64,000 nt of DNA from Blepharisma stoltei ATCC 30299 (Eukaryota; Protista; Ciliophora), in the NCBI GenBank assembly GCA_965603825.1, contig CBFDEM010000057.1, positions 620,001 to 684,000 on the forward strand, in the 5' to 3' direction. The notes below the pieces were generated by a model. It saw only the letters and a program-made list of their open reading frames with translations, did no database searches and had not been told where the DNA came from. Positions 49,665 through 60,184 of the stretch are shown piece after piece (positions within the stretch are counted from its first letter, which is position 1; each line of letters begins with the position of its first letter). Position numbers and translations under genes: made by a program.

Positions 49665-52205
49665 TTATTGATTGCTATTTAAAGAGGTTTTTAGTTGCTT
49701 TTCCATATGATGTAAAGCTTTTTCAGATATAACTTGGAACACTTTTTCGATATTTGTTGCTTCCTTAGCAGAGACTTCAAATAAATTCATTTCTCCATCG
49801 CCCTTGCACCACTCAAGAGCATCATCATAGCTTACATCTCTATGCTCTACATCAATTTTATTTCCTATAATAATAAATGGAAACTCCTCAGGAAACTCAG
49901 GTTTTGCGACATTTAAAAACTCTTCTTTTCAGTCTTTGATGGCTTGAAAGCTTTTATCAGAATTTATATCATATACAATTACACAGCAGTCTGTGTCTCT
50001 ATAAAATGCAAGCTCAAAACTTAAATATCTTTGGTGGCCAGGGATATCCCAAATATTCAAGCAAATAGAATTACCATCTAAAACTACATCTTTTATAAAT
50101 AATTCAGCATAATCTGTTTCATCTTGATCTAGGTCGAATTTCTTATTTATGTATTGATTTAAAAGCGAAGTTTTTCCTACTTTAGAATTTCCCAAGACTA
50201 AAATTTTAAGATTAGTTGTGTTGGCTTTTTTAGATTGTTTTTTTTTGATAGGCTTGCTTTTGAGCTTATAGCTTAGAAAATTATATAATGGAATCTCTAC
50301 AAATAAAGCAAATGGTACTGCAAAAATATAAACAATTCCAATAAGAGCAATGGAATATCAGTAAATATTTAGCTTCTGTAAGTAGAGAGAGGATTTTTGG
50401 CTTTTCATAATAATATCAATAATATTTAGATGAATTAAATAGGCACAATAAGTAAGTTTACCTAAAGGAGCCCACATTTGAAGCGACATTGGATACCTGA
50501 AATAAGTAAAATGGCCTAAAATCAAAGGCAACCCCATTAAGCTTATTCCAGTAGCATTTACCACTTTACAACTAGCAATATATGCTACATTTTGGCCTTG
50601 GGTCCAATTATCAAATTGATAATCATCATCTTTGTACGCAGAATATTGTATATCAATTATAAAAGTTCATAAAAATAGCCCAAACAGCACAGCTCCTCAT
50701 CTTATATATCTATTTTCAAAATATTTAATTATTTGTTCAGCAATCCTGTCTCTTTTCTGATAATTGCATTTTGTATAATAAATAAAAGCCCCACCGATCC
50801 CAAAAGCATAAGAAGGGACTCTGCAATATGGCTTTGAAAAATAATAATCAAAATAATCATGATAATTTTCTGCTAAAACAACGACATTAAGATTGTAATG
50901 TGATGCAATTATTGCTGCAGAAGTCACTCCAATTGCACTTAAAACACTTATAAATAACCATGCGATTTTATATGATTTTTTATAAATTCATACAATAGGA
51001 AGGGTAATGATAAAAAATTGCATTTCACAAGCCAAATAATAGCCATTTGACAAGCACCGAGTGAATTTGAAATCAGGCACAAAATTATTCACATAAATTG
51101 CATTTGACCATCAATAATCATTGCATTCATCATTTATTTCATTTCCTTGGTATCATAAAGGGCCTTGTCCAATGTATTTTTGTAATGACCAAAAAAATAA
51201 AGTAGCTGATAAAAAAATTGGTGCTTTAAGAGCATATTCAGAAAAAATTGCTTTAAAATAATATTTATGATCCCCTTCGCAGAAGTAAAGTAGAAATAAA
51301 GTAAATGTGAACCCTGAAATCCAAAATAGCGTATCAAGAGAATACAGCCCTGAGAAAAATACTATATTTTCGTCTTTATCAAGCAGCTGTTCAAGCTTCA
51401 TTACATTTGCAAGCACTGAATTATTAAAAAAATAATAAGCCACTGTAGCTACAATCAGTCAGCATACACTAACTCATCTAACAAAATCAAAAAATTTAAG
51501 ATTTTCGTCATCATTTGCCTTCATTAGTATTTTAGCATTTCTTTTCGCTGAAAAATTCAATAAAAATTCCCTTATCCTTGATTTTTTTCTTTTTACATTT
51601 ATTGGCGATTTATCATTTAAATCTCTTAGTTCGCTGTATTCTGACCCAAGCTCATTTTCTTCTTCTTTAACACTTTGGATGATATCAATAGCTGTCCCAG
51701 TAATTCCAATTAATCCAATAAAAACACAAAATAAAATCATAAAGGTTGCCCCTGCTGTGATTTTAAAATGCTTTTCAACATATGTGTGAGGAAAGTGAAT
51801 AACTGCAGAAGTATTTTTTATTGTTTCTCTTAAAGTCCCAGGCAAAAATAAAGACTGCTTTATTGGGTCTGTATTAAAAAAGGAATTAATTGCATCATTA
51901 ATGATTTCTATATAGTTCTCCTCTGAGCATATAGAAGGGCCACATACTGAATAACCCACAAATGGGTGCCTTATGATTTCTATGAGAGTGTATTTTGTGT
52001 CTGATAAAGCTTCACAATCATCATATCTTCCTAAATCGTTGAGACTTTTTCCAGTATATGTGAACATTTTGGAATATCTGTCAGGATCAGTTTCAAAGGA
52101 ATTTGGGGCACTTTTAAATACCAGGGCTAATTCTTGAAAGCATAATGTAACATTTGAAGCTCAAGCAATGGATAAGCTGATAAAGATTTTACATAGAATT
52201 TTCAT
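49665..52205 (-). CDS. Fusion protein: signal peptide, NRF domain, acyltransferase-3 (NRF-6/OAC-like) multi-TM domain and Rab7-like GTPase, 846 aa
   Basis: ATG 52205 to TAA 49665-49667 with no TAA or TAG in between; five ORF-track fragments are joined by TGA only. NRF motif GKSLNDLGRYDDC..CGPSICS; AT3 motifs DTLFWISG, GQGPLW, CNDYWWSNAIYVNNF, YLACEMQFF, KPYCR, PLGKLTYCAYLIH, FVEIP; then GNSKVGKTS, WDIPG, FYRDTDCCVIVYD, FPFIIIGNKID, FEVSAK. Confidence 0.9.
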
Positions 52206-52331
52206 TCAAATTATTGTAAAACCAAAGAAGCCACATTTTTACTACAATTATTTAATTTACCAATGATTTTAATCTATTTAGCAAAGAAAGCATTAAGTTA
52301 AATATAATAGAGCAATGTTTTAATATAAAAA

Positions 52332-53372
52332 TTATTGAAAACTTGCTTTTATTAAAGTAATCATCATTTGTCTTCTATATGTATCGATTAAATCCTTGGT
52401 ATTGCAGAGCTGTTTCCCAATTGCAAGAGATTCTGCAATGTTGCATATAACAACTCCGCTGTCAACACCGCTTCCTCTAAAGCAATCAGCTCCTTTGTAG
52501 CGATACTCTGGAATATGATCAGTAGTTAATTTCTGAGCTCTTATGGCTCTGTGAACAAATTTATTAATTACTTTAGTAAAAATATCAGTGTCTGTTGCAT
52601 CTGTAAAAGGGTCAAAATATGTAACTGTATTCAAATTCATGTTCACCAATAAAAGCGACCAATAAGTTGTATGTATTGGAAACATCAATAAGTCGTAGTT
52701 TAAAATATTGATTTTCGGCTGAATAATCGATCTCCCTTTTAGAATTAACGCCTCTGAAAACTGTGAGTCAGCAATCATCACTTTGGCAGCTAATTTGTTA
52801 TAGTTTAATAAGTTACGATTCATTTGTACAATAATAGACATATAACAGTTAAGTATTTCTTCTGTTAGGCCTAAACCTTCTCTGAAGACCAAAAACTTGC
52901 CTGAGAGAATCGTCCTATGGCCTATTTTAAAAACTTTTCTGTCCTCTCCAAACCTTGGATCGAAAACCCATATGAAAGCTTCCTTGATTTTGTCTAGCTC
53001 AAAGGGATTTATTTTGTTTGAAGGCTCCAATTCTCTTAATCTTTTAATAATTTCATACTCAAGAGCTGAATATTGAGGCTCATCATGCACTGTTGGAGTT
53101 GGGGAGCTAAAAAGTATCTCTGCACAACAGCCCAGCTTAAATTTTGATAAGTTTTCTTGTGTTAGCACACTTTGTGCTATGTCTTTTTGTAAAAAAGTAG
53201 GGAGAAGGTTTGATCTTAAATTTTGTTTACTAAAAATCCGTGTATATGCTGATGAATGGCATGGAAGAGACATCATGGCATCACTATTGGAATCGACCAA
53301 AGATCTCACTGAGGCATCATTGTCGCTTGCATCACCCTTGGAATACCATTTCATTGCGGATACTGAACGCAT
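52332..53372 (-). CDS. Ulp1/SENP (peptidase C48)-fold protein with degenerate catalytic residues, 346 aa
   Basis: LTEEILNCYMSII, DLLMFPIHTTYWSLLLVN..VTYFDPF, GVDSGVVIC, YRRQM follow C48 order; HW is YW and DCG is DSG. Confidence 0.8.
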   Translation of the reverse strand: MRSVSAMKWYSKGDASDNDASVRSLVDSNSDAMMSLPCHSSAYTRIFSKQNLRSNLLPTFLQKDIAQSVLTQENLSKFKLGCCAEILFSSPTPTVHDEPQYSALEYEIIKRLRELEPSNKINPFELDKIKEAFIWVFDPRFGEDRKVFKIGHRTILSGKFLVFREGLGLTEEILNCYMSIIVQMNRNLLNYNKLAAKVMIADSQFSEALILKGRSIIQPKINILNYDLLMFPIHTTYWSLLLVNMNLNTVTYFDPFTDATDTDIFTKVINKFVHRAIRAQKLTTDHIPEYRYKGADCFRGSGVDSGVVICNIAESLAIGKQLCNTKDLIDTYRRQMMITLIKASFQ

Positions 53373-53651
53373 GGATTTGATTATATTGGATTTATTGGCA
53401 TATCTATTTTTGTGGTATAAAAGGATAATATCTAAAAAATTTTGGGAGAATGATAAGCTCTATGTAAAAGAGAGGGAAAAATCACATAATTTTAAGGGAA
53501 TAGCAGTTATAGCTCTTTAAAACTAAGAAATAAATGATATTTGTGAAACTCATTTAGTCTTATTAAGGGTTATGAATAAAATAAATAATTTATTATAGGT
53601 AATTATCATTACTGATTTATAAAATGAAAGGAAAATAAATTAAATAATTCA

Positions 53652-56507
53652 TTATAAGAGCATTGAGCTTCTTGCAGAAGAGTCTCTTATGTCCTTAGCT
53701 TCGCTTTTTCCAAGAGAACTTCTTGCTGAAGACTCTCTTATATCTTTAATTTCGCTTTTACCAATCGAGCTTCGTGCTGACGACTCTCTTATATCCTTAG
53801 GGTCAAATCCCATTGTCAAGGATCTCCTTGTTTTTCTCCTCACAAATAATCGATTAGCGATTCTTTTTGTAGGGGACATTTCAAAAATATTTGATAAATG
53901 CATCAATGCATATTTTAATTTGATTTGTAATGGAACTTTATCTGGGTCTTTTTTCGCTAGCTCTTCATTATGTGCAATTTGGAGGTTTGCTAAATCTGCG
54001 ACTCTTGCAATTGCTTCAACAAATTCAGCGAAATTCATTTCCATGTGTTTTTTATTATAAACTTCATCAATTTGTGGCCTCATTGAATAAGCATAGCTGA
54101 CATCAAAATCTCTTATCATTAGTGACCCAGTTTGGAAGCCTCCTAAAATACAAAGTTCTCTGAATTCTTCTATACTCACAAAAGGTGCTTGTCCAGGTAG
54201 AGTTTTTTTCTTAGAAAACTTCTCAAAAAGTTGTTCTAGACAAGGCTTATAAAGCTTGACAATATTTTCACATTCCTCAGTTAATAATTTTTTCCTTCAT
54301 CCATCTCCTGCCATATAATTCTTCATTAAAGGCTCAAATTCATTTTTTAGCAGTTTCTCTACAGCTTCTGTTACAGTTTTTGCGAGCTTTGACTTAAAAA
54401 ATTTGTCATATGCCACTCTTGCTAAAACTTCTAAAAATTCATATCGAATTAGTGCATTTCCTGGATTGTAAGTTTGATTTTTAATTTTTGATGATAAGGT
54501 AGCATTTCAATTAACCCCAACATCTGCAGCAGAGTAATACGAATCAAAAGTCCCGCATTGATTTAGAAAATCAAAAAATGCATTAATTCCCATAGAAAAA
54601 ATCTCATTGCCACTGATGGCTGAAAGAATTTTGTATGTGTTTCTTCTACATATATTTTACATCAATGGGTAATATCTTCTTAATAGTCGCTTACAACTTT
54701 CCATATCTTCTGTGGACTTAAAAAATGTATCAATTTTGGTAAATCCTCAGTCGAAATCAAAGCATTTATCAATAAATTCCTGAATAAATCTTACTTCTGT
54801 CTCAGGGGCAATATCTTTAAAGATGCTTGATGTTTCGATTTTCCATAAATATTTGGGTGGCTCTTCTATTGTTTTTTTATTATAAACTTCTTTTTCTATT
54901 CTAGGCTTTGTCTCAGGCAAGTCATTTAGCTTACACATCGGCCCTTTAGGGAGTATTTTATTAACAGTAGTCACATTTAGCCTTATTTGTATTCCTTCAG
55001 AATATTCAATTACATTTTCAATAGGCTCACAAAGTTTAACTATCTCCCATTCTTCACAGATAACAGGAGTTTCACCATGACTGAAGAAAAATAAAATATC
55101 CCTTGGAGGAACCATCCTAGCCACACTATAAAATCCCATATAGTCAACTGGAATCAATTCAGGTTCATAATCATCAATATCCAAATGCAAAAAAATTGGT
55201 TCATTTCTGGCTGTTACTATAGAATTTGTTCAAATAAAGTTTACTTCAACTCACGCTTCACATAGCCAACAATTAGAATTATCTTCACAATGATTTTTAG
55301 CCAATAATGAATCATGATCAAATATCCTTTGGGTTAAGTGGCCAGTTTCCAATTTTGGGTCAATCTTTCTTTTCCTAATAAAACCTTTAGAATCCACTTG
55401 GCATTCGTTGCCCTGCAAATGGATGCCAAGTAAGGTATGGTTTTTCTTAAGCCCTTCTCCGATATTCAGGCACTCTTGTTGAGTTAAATAGTTGTAAGAC
55501 AAATCGAGATGCCTCAATTCTCTTTGATTTCCCAAGAGGTTTCCAATTTTTATTGTGATATCGTCTGCAGTGCTTCTCCCAATAGAATTTCATGACAAGT
55601 CAAGTTCTAACAGTGTATCATTATAAGTCAGTCCTTCAAAAAGTTTGACAGCCCCTTCTTCTCTGATTTCATTCCAATGAAGATCAAGCTTTTTTATGCT
55701 TATATTTGATTGAAGCAATTTTCCTATTAGAAATCCCGCATTTTCTCCAAGCTTATTTTTTGCTAAATTAAGCACTTTGATTTTTGAATTATCACACAAA
55801 CTATCAACTAAAATTTCTAATCCTTGGTAATTAAGCTCAGTTCCTTCAAGATTTAGCTTTTTTAAACAAGACTTCGGATTATTAATCAGCTCTATAAGTT
55901 TTTCTATAGGCTTATTTCCTAGCTTATTGTTAGCTAGATTAAGGTCTTTTAGACTTGAGCCATTCATTCGTGATAAAATCTTTATTGATCCTGAATCAGA
56001 TAAGCGGTTGTTTCGCAGATTTAATTTTTCAACTGATTTTAAGCTTTTTAGCCCTTTTGATAGTGCATTAGCATATTTATCGCCAACGCCCATATTCCTT
56101 AAATCAAATTCATTGCTAGTTCCTCTTCTTTTTACAATCCCAATAGGTTTAGGCCAAATTTTTTCTTTTTCACATTTTTCAAGGAATGCTATATTTGGAG
56201 ATGACTCCATATGGTGCTGCTTTATTTGTTCTTTATATTTGTCAAGGTTTTTAAAAGTCTCAAAAAACTCAATTCTAGCAGATAGCCCTATTGGTCCCTG
56301 GTAATTTTCCATACTTCCTTCTCTATTAGCTAGTCTTGATTTACAAAAGAGGTTACGAATGCTGTCATCACTTTTATTTCTATTAGAAAGATCTGCAGAC
56401 CTACGACAAGCGTGCTCTCTTTTATGAGAAATCGCTGATATTCTTGAACAATTTCTGCTGAGGATCAAAGGGAGATTCCTTTTGTCTTCTTTGTTCATTG
56501 CACGCAT
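53652..56507 (-). CDS. RNI-like leucine-rich-repeat protein with an EF-hand-like C-terminal region, about 941 aa; two 15-nt introns
   Basis: LRRs (LNLRNNRL, LNLANNKL, LDLHWNEI, LDLSW(TGA)NSI, LDLSYNYL), NCWLCEAW, LIRYEFLEVLARVA, MNFAEFVEAIARVA. Four ORF fragments are joined in frame. Confidence 0.87.
53655..53800 (-). repeat. Three tandem ~51-nt (17-aa) repeats KDIRESSARSS(I/L)GKSE at the C-terminus of the LRR gene
   Basis: KDIRESSARSSIGKSEI-KDIRESSARSSLGKSEA-KDIRDSSARSSMLL. Confidence 0.85.
54646..54660 (-). other. 15-nt intron GTAAAATATATGTAG
   Basis: Consensus; removes an in-frame TAA. Confidence 0.88.
54780..54794 (-). other. 15-nt stop-free intron GTAAGATTTATTCAG
   Basis: Perfect consensus; in frame (VRFIQ if retained). 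Confidence 0.72.
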
Positions 56508-56785
56508 TTTTTTGTTATAACACTAAAATATGAAAAATTGCTATTATAAAAATTATTAATCCATTTATTAGTCTTTATTTCTTATACGATAAATTTTATC
56601 ATCAATTATTTATTCTTCGCCTTCGAAAATCCTCCTTATTTTCAGATGAAAATTAATTTTCTATTTATAAATATATAAAAATATCATATTAGTCGATGGC
56701 TGGGTCATCCTATTTCGTCTCAAACTAAAAATTCACTTAACATGTTGGTGTTTTGACATTTACATAATATCCAATCCCTTATATA

Positions 56786-59152
56786 ATGTCACAACCTCAG
56801 CCAGTACGTCAAAAAATGCAAGTTGTGATCGACGACTCGTCCCTTGAGCATTTCAATTCCTGCATTCAAAGCCGCTATGAACGCTATCTGTCCAAAAAGC
56901 ATGAAATTGAAGTCGCTGAAGGCACTCTTGCTCAATTTGCATCTGGCTTCGATTCATTTGGAATCCACAAGACACCTGCTGGAATCATCTACAAAGAATG
57001 GGCACCAGAAGCTACTTCATTGTGTCTCTTTGGAGAGTTCAACAATTGGCAACGAAATCAATATGTAGGGAAGCGAGATCAATATGGAGTATGGACTGTC
57101 TTGATTCCAAATGAAAACAATCGCTGTGCTATTACACATCAGCAAAAGCTAAAAGCTGGTTTAACTTTGAGGGATGGGAAATGTGTTGACAGAATCCCTG
57201 CATGGGCTACTTATTGTGTCCAAAACAAGGAAACTAGGCTTTATGATGCTGTTTTTTGGGACCCTCCAGAGCCGTATGAGTGGCTTCATCCTAGACCTAG
57301 CGCTTTGAGGGCTTTAAAAATATATGAGACACATGTGGGAATGAGCTCTGAGCACGGTGTCGTAAACACGTATAACGATTTTACCATAAATGTGATCCCA
57401 AAAATAGCAGAAACTGGTTATAACGCAATCCAGCTGATGGCAATCATGGAGCACTCATACTATGCAAGCTTTGGGTATCATGTGACTAACTTTTTTGCAG
57501 TCAGCAGCCGATATGGGACTCCTGACGATTTAAAAAGGCTGATCGATACAGCTCATTCTCTTGGGATTTATGTGTTTTTAGATCTTATACACAGCCATTC
57601 TAGTACCAATGTGCTAGATGGAATTAACCAATTTGACGGGTCTGATCATCATTATTTTCATGCTGGGAAAAAAGGAAGGCATGAGTTGTGGGACTCCAGA
57701 CTTTTTAATTATGGGCATTGGGAAGTTTTAAGGTTTTTATTGTCGAATTTGAGATGGTATATGGATGAATACCGCTTTGATGGGTTTAGATTTGATGGAG
57801 TCACGTCTATGCTTTATAAACACCATGGGATCAAATACTGCTTTTCAGGGCAGTATCATGAGTATTTCAATGAAAACGTGGTAGACACTGATGCTCATAT
57901 ATATCTCATGCTAGCCAATGACTTAATTCACCAACTGAACCCTAACGCTATCACTATTGCTGAAGATGTATCAGGAATGCCTACACTTGGAAGACCAATC
58001 CCTGACGGAGGATTTGGATTTGACTACAGGCTTAACATGTCAGTTCCTGACAAATGGATCAAGCTGCTTAAAGAAGTAAAAGACGACAACTGGATCATGG
58101 GAGATTTAGTATATACACTTACTAATAGAAGATGGAATGAAAAATGTATTGCATACGCTGAAAGCCATGACCAAAGCATTGTAGGAGACAATACCATTGC
58201 GATGAAGCTGTTTGGACCTGAAATTTATTCCAATATGTCACGAAATTCTGCTTATACGCCTGTAATTGATAGAGGGATTGCACTGCATAAAGTAATCAGA
58301 CTTATTACACATGTGATGGGAGGAGAAGGGTATTTAAACTTTATGGGAAATGAATTTGGGCATCCTGAATGGGTTGATTTTCCGAGAGAAGGAAACGGCT
58401 GGTCTCACCATTATTGTCGTAGACAGTGGCATTTAAGAGACGATACAAATCTTTATTATCATTATTTGTGGCAGTTTGACCGTGCTATGAATTTATTAGA
58501 AGAAGAGACACACTGGCTGAACTCCAAAGACCAATATTTCAACGTCCACGAAAAAGATAAAATTATAGTTTTTGAGCGAGGAAATAGGCTTTTCGTCTTC
58601 AATTTCCACCCTTCAAAAAGCTTAGAACACTACAGAGTAGGCACCAAGTTCCCATATGAGCATATCATTGAAATGGACACTGATGAAAGAAGATTTTATG
58701 GTCACGGACGTCTTCAGCATGGCCATGAAAACCCTTTCCCAATCATGAAAACTCCTTGGAACGGAAGGCCAAACTACATCCAAATGTACATCCCCAGCAG
58801 AACTGCTATAGTCGTTAAACCACTTATAAATGATGAGGACAGGAAAAAATATGGGCTGCCTACATTTGAAGAGATAGAAAAAGAATTAACTCTTACGAAG
58901 GAAGGAGAGGAAGAAGAAAAAGTGGAAGAAACTAAATATGAAACATTGGTCACTGCCAAAGTAGAAGTCATGATACTTAATGAAAAAGAAATAGAAGAAA
59001 TGAAAAAGGAAGAAATTCAAGAAATTGCTGAAGGGGAAATGAAGGCAGAGGCTGCTGAAGAAAATGTAGTGACTGTTGAAAAGGTAGAAGTTATAGCTGA
59101 TGTAGGAGGCACTGAAGAAAATGCTGTCTCTGATGAAAACGCGAAAGAGTAA
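56786..59152 (+). CDS. GBE1: 1,4-alpha-glucan branching enzyme (GH13_8) with an acidic C-terminal tail, 788 aa
   Basis: YKEWAP, IYETHVGMS, MEHSYYASFGYHVT, FDGFRFDGVTSMLY, IAEDVSGMP, YAESHDQ, LNFMGNEFGHPEWVDFPR. Confidence 0.97.
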   Translation: MSQPQPVRQKMQVVIDDSSLEHFNSCIQSRYERYLSKKHEIEVAEGTLAQFASGFDSFGIHKTPAGIIYKEWAPEATSLCLFGEFNNWQRNQYVGKRDQYGVWTVLIPNENNRCAITHQQKLKAGLTLRDGKCVDRIPAWATYCVQNKETRLYDAVFWDPPEPYEWLHPRPSALRALKIYETHVGMSSEHGVVNTYNDFTINVIPKIAETGYNAIQLMAIMEHSYYASFGYHVTNFFAVSSRYGTPDDLKRLIDTAHSLGIYVFLDLIHSHSSTNVLDGINQFDGSDHHYFHAGKKGRHELWDSRLFNYGHWEVLRFLLSNLRWYMDEYRFDGFRFDGVTSMLYKHHGIKYCFSGQYHEYFNENVVDTDAHIYLMLANDLIHQLNPNAITIAEDVSGMPTLGRPIPDGGFGFDYRLNMSVPDKWIKLLKEVKDDNWIMGDLVYTLTNRRWNEKCIAYAESHDQSIVGDNTIAMKLFGPEIYSNMSRNSAYTPVIDRGIALHKVIRLITHVMGGEGYLNFMGNEFGHPEWVDFPREGNGWSHHYCRRQWHLRDDTNLYYHYLWQFDRAMNLLEEETHWLNSKDQYFNVHEKDKIIVFERGNRLFVFNFHPSKSLEHYRVGTKFPYEHIIEMDTDERRFYGHGRLQHGHENPFPIMKTPWNGRPNYIQMYIPSRTAIVVKPLINDEDRKKYGLPTFEEIEKELTLTKEGEEEEKVEETKYETLVTAKVEVMILNEKEIEEMKKEEIQEIAEGEMKAEAAEENVVTVEKVEVIADVGGTEENAVSDENAKE

Positions 59153-59218
59153 TTAATCCAAAGCAAGTTAAAATTAATTTTTTTGGATGATAAATAGATA
59201 TTTATTGAAAATAAGAAA

Positions 59219-60163
59219 ATGTGTATAAATTCAAGCCTAAAAGTAAATAATTTTGTAAAAATGGACACAGCTCCATCTGAATCCGAGTTATTTCCTGAAT
59301 ATTTTATTACTACAGATGGAAATGTTGTAAAAGAAAAAGTTACTGAAAAAGGCATTGAAAGGTCTAAAAAGCATACAAAAAGCTTGATTACACACTTTTT
59401 GAACATCGGGGCAAAACGCATGCCTGTTTCAGTAGACAAAATTGGCAACTTGTTAAGAGCCGGAAGAGTTGTGAGACTGAGTTCCCCAACAAAAGGGTAT
59501 GAAGTCACAAAAAGTGTCAATGATTTAATTACAAAAGAAAAAAGCGTCAAATACCCAAAAGATATTATAGCAACTGCGTCTGAGGAATTGGATATGAGCA
59601 CACTAACTGCTCTATTCCAAAAATCAGGCGATTCACGAAGAAAAAGCAGAATCCCAGAAATGGCACCAATAAAGAAGCCAGAAATTGTCTATGAAGAAGA
59701 AAAAGAAGAAATAATAAAAATAATCAACGTTCCTGCTCCAAGGCTTGATGGCTTGAGAAGATCCATCTCAGTCACCTCTTTTAGCAAGCCAAGAACAAGA
59801 TATCACAGCAAAACCTTTAGCTCAGGTCTAGAGTCCACAATCCCTTCAAATAAAACAGATATCGGATTTTTCGACCAAGAAAAAAAAATAATCGAAAAGA
59901 AAAGGCCATCTTCGACTGGCAATTTTATGCGACCCACTTTTTCTTCAACATCCGCATATGTAACATCACTAAACAAGCTTTTGCCCAAAATAAACAGATC
60001 TTTAACCAAGGAAGAACTTATAAATAAACTACCAAAAAAGCTTTCTAGAAAGCGAGGATACACAAGAAGAAAATCTATCGAGCTATTGAGGACACTAAAA
60101 ATGATTCACATTTATAAAGGCGAAAATAGTAAAATAGACATTGAAAATAGTAAAGATAAATAA
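59219..60163 (+). CDS. Hypothetical basic protein (about 300-314 aa)
   Basis: Long ORF; the start may be ATG 59261. No motif recognised. Confidence 0.72.
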   Translation: MCINSSLKVNNFVKMDTAPSESELFPEYFITTDGNVVKEKVTEKGIERSKKHTKSLITHFLNIGAKRMPVSVDKIGNLLRAGRVVRLSSPTKGYEVTKSVNDLITKEKSVKYPKDIIATASEELDMSTLTALFQKSGDSRRKSRIPEMAPIKKPEIVYEEEKEEIIKIINVPAPRLDGLRRSISVTSFSKPRTRYHSKTFSSGLESTIPSNKTDIGFFDQEKKIIEKKRPSSTGNFMRPTFSSTSAYVTSLNKLLPKINRSLTKEELINKLPKKLSRKRGYTRRKSIELLRTLKMIHIYKGENSKIDIENSKDK

Positions 60164-60184
60164 CTGTTATAATATTTGATAAAA

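Noticed and set aside
56690-56765. Short hairpin GATGGC-TGG-GTCATC in the divergent LRR/GBE1 spacer as a possible snoRNA
   Set aside because: It is only a 6-bp stem with no convincing box motifs.
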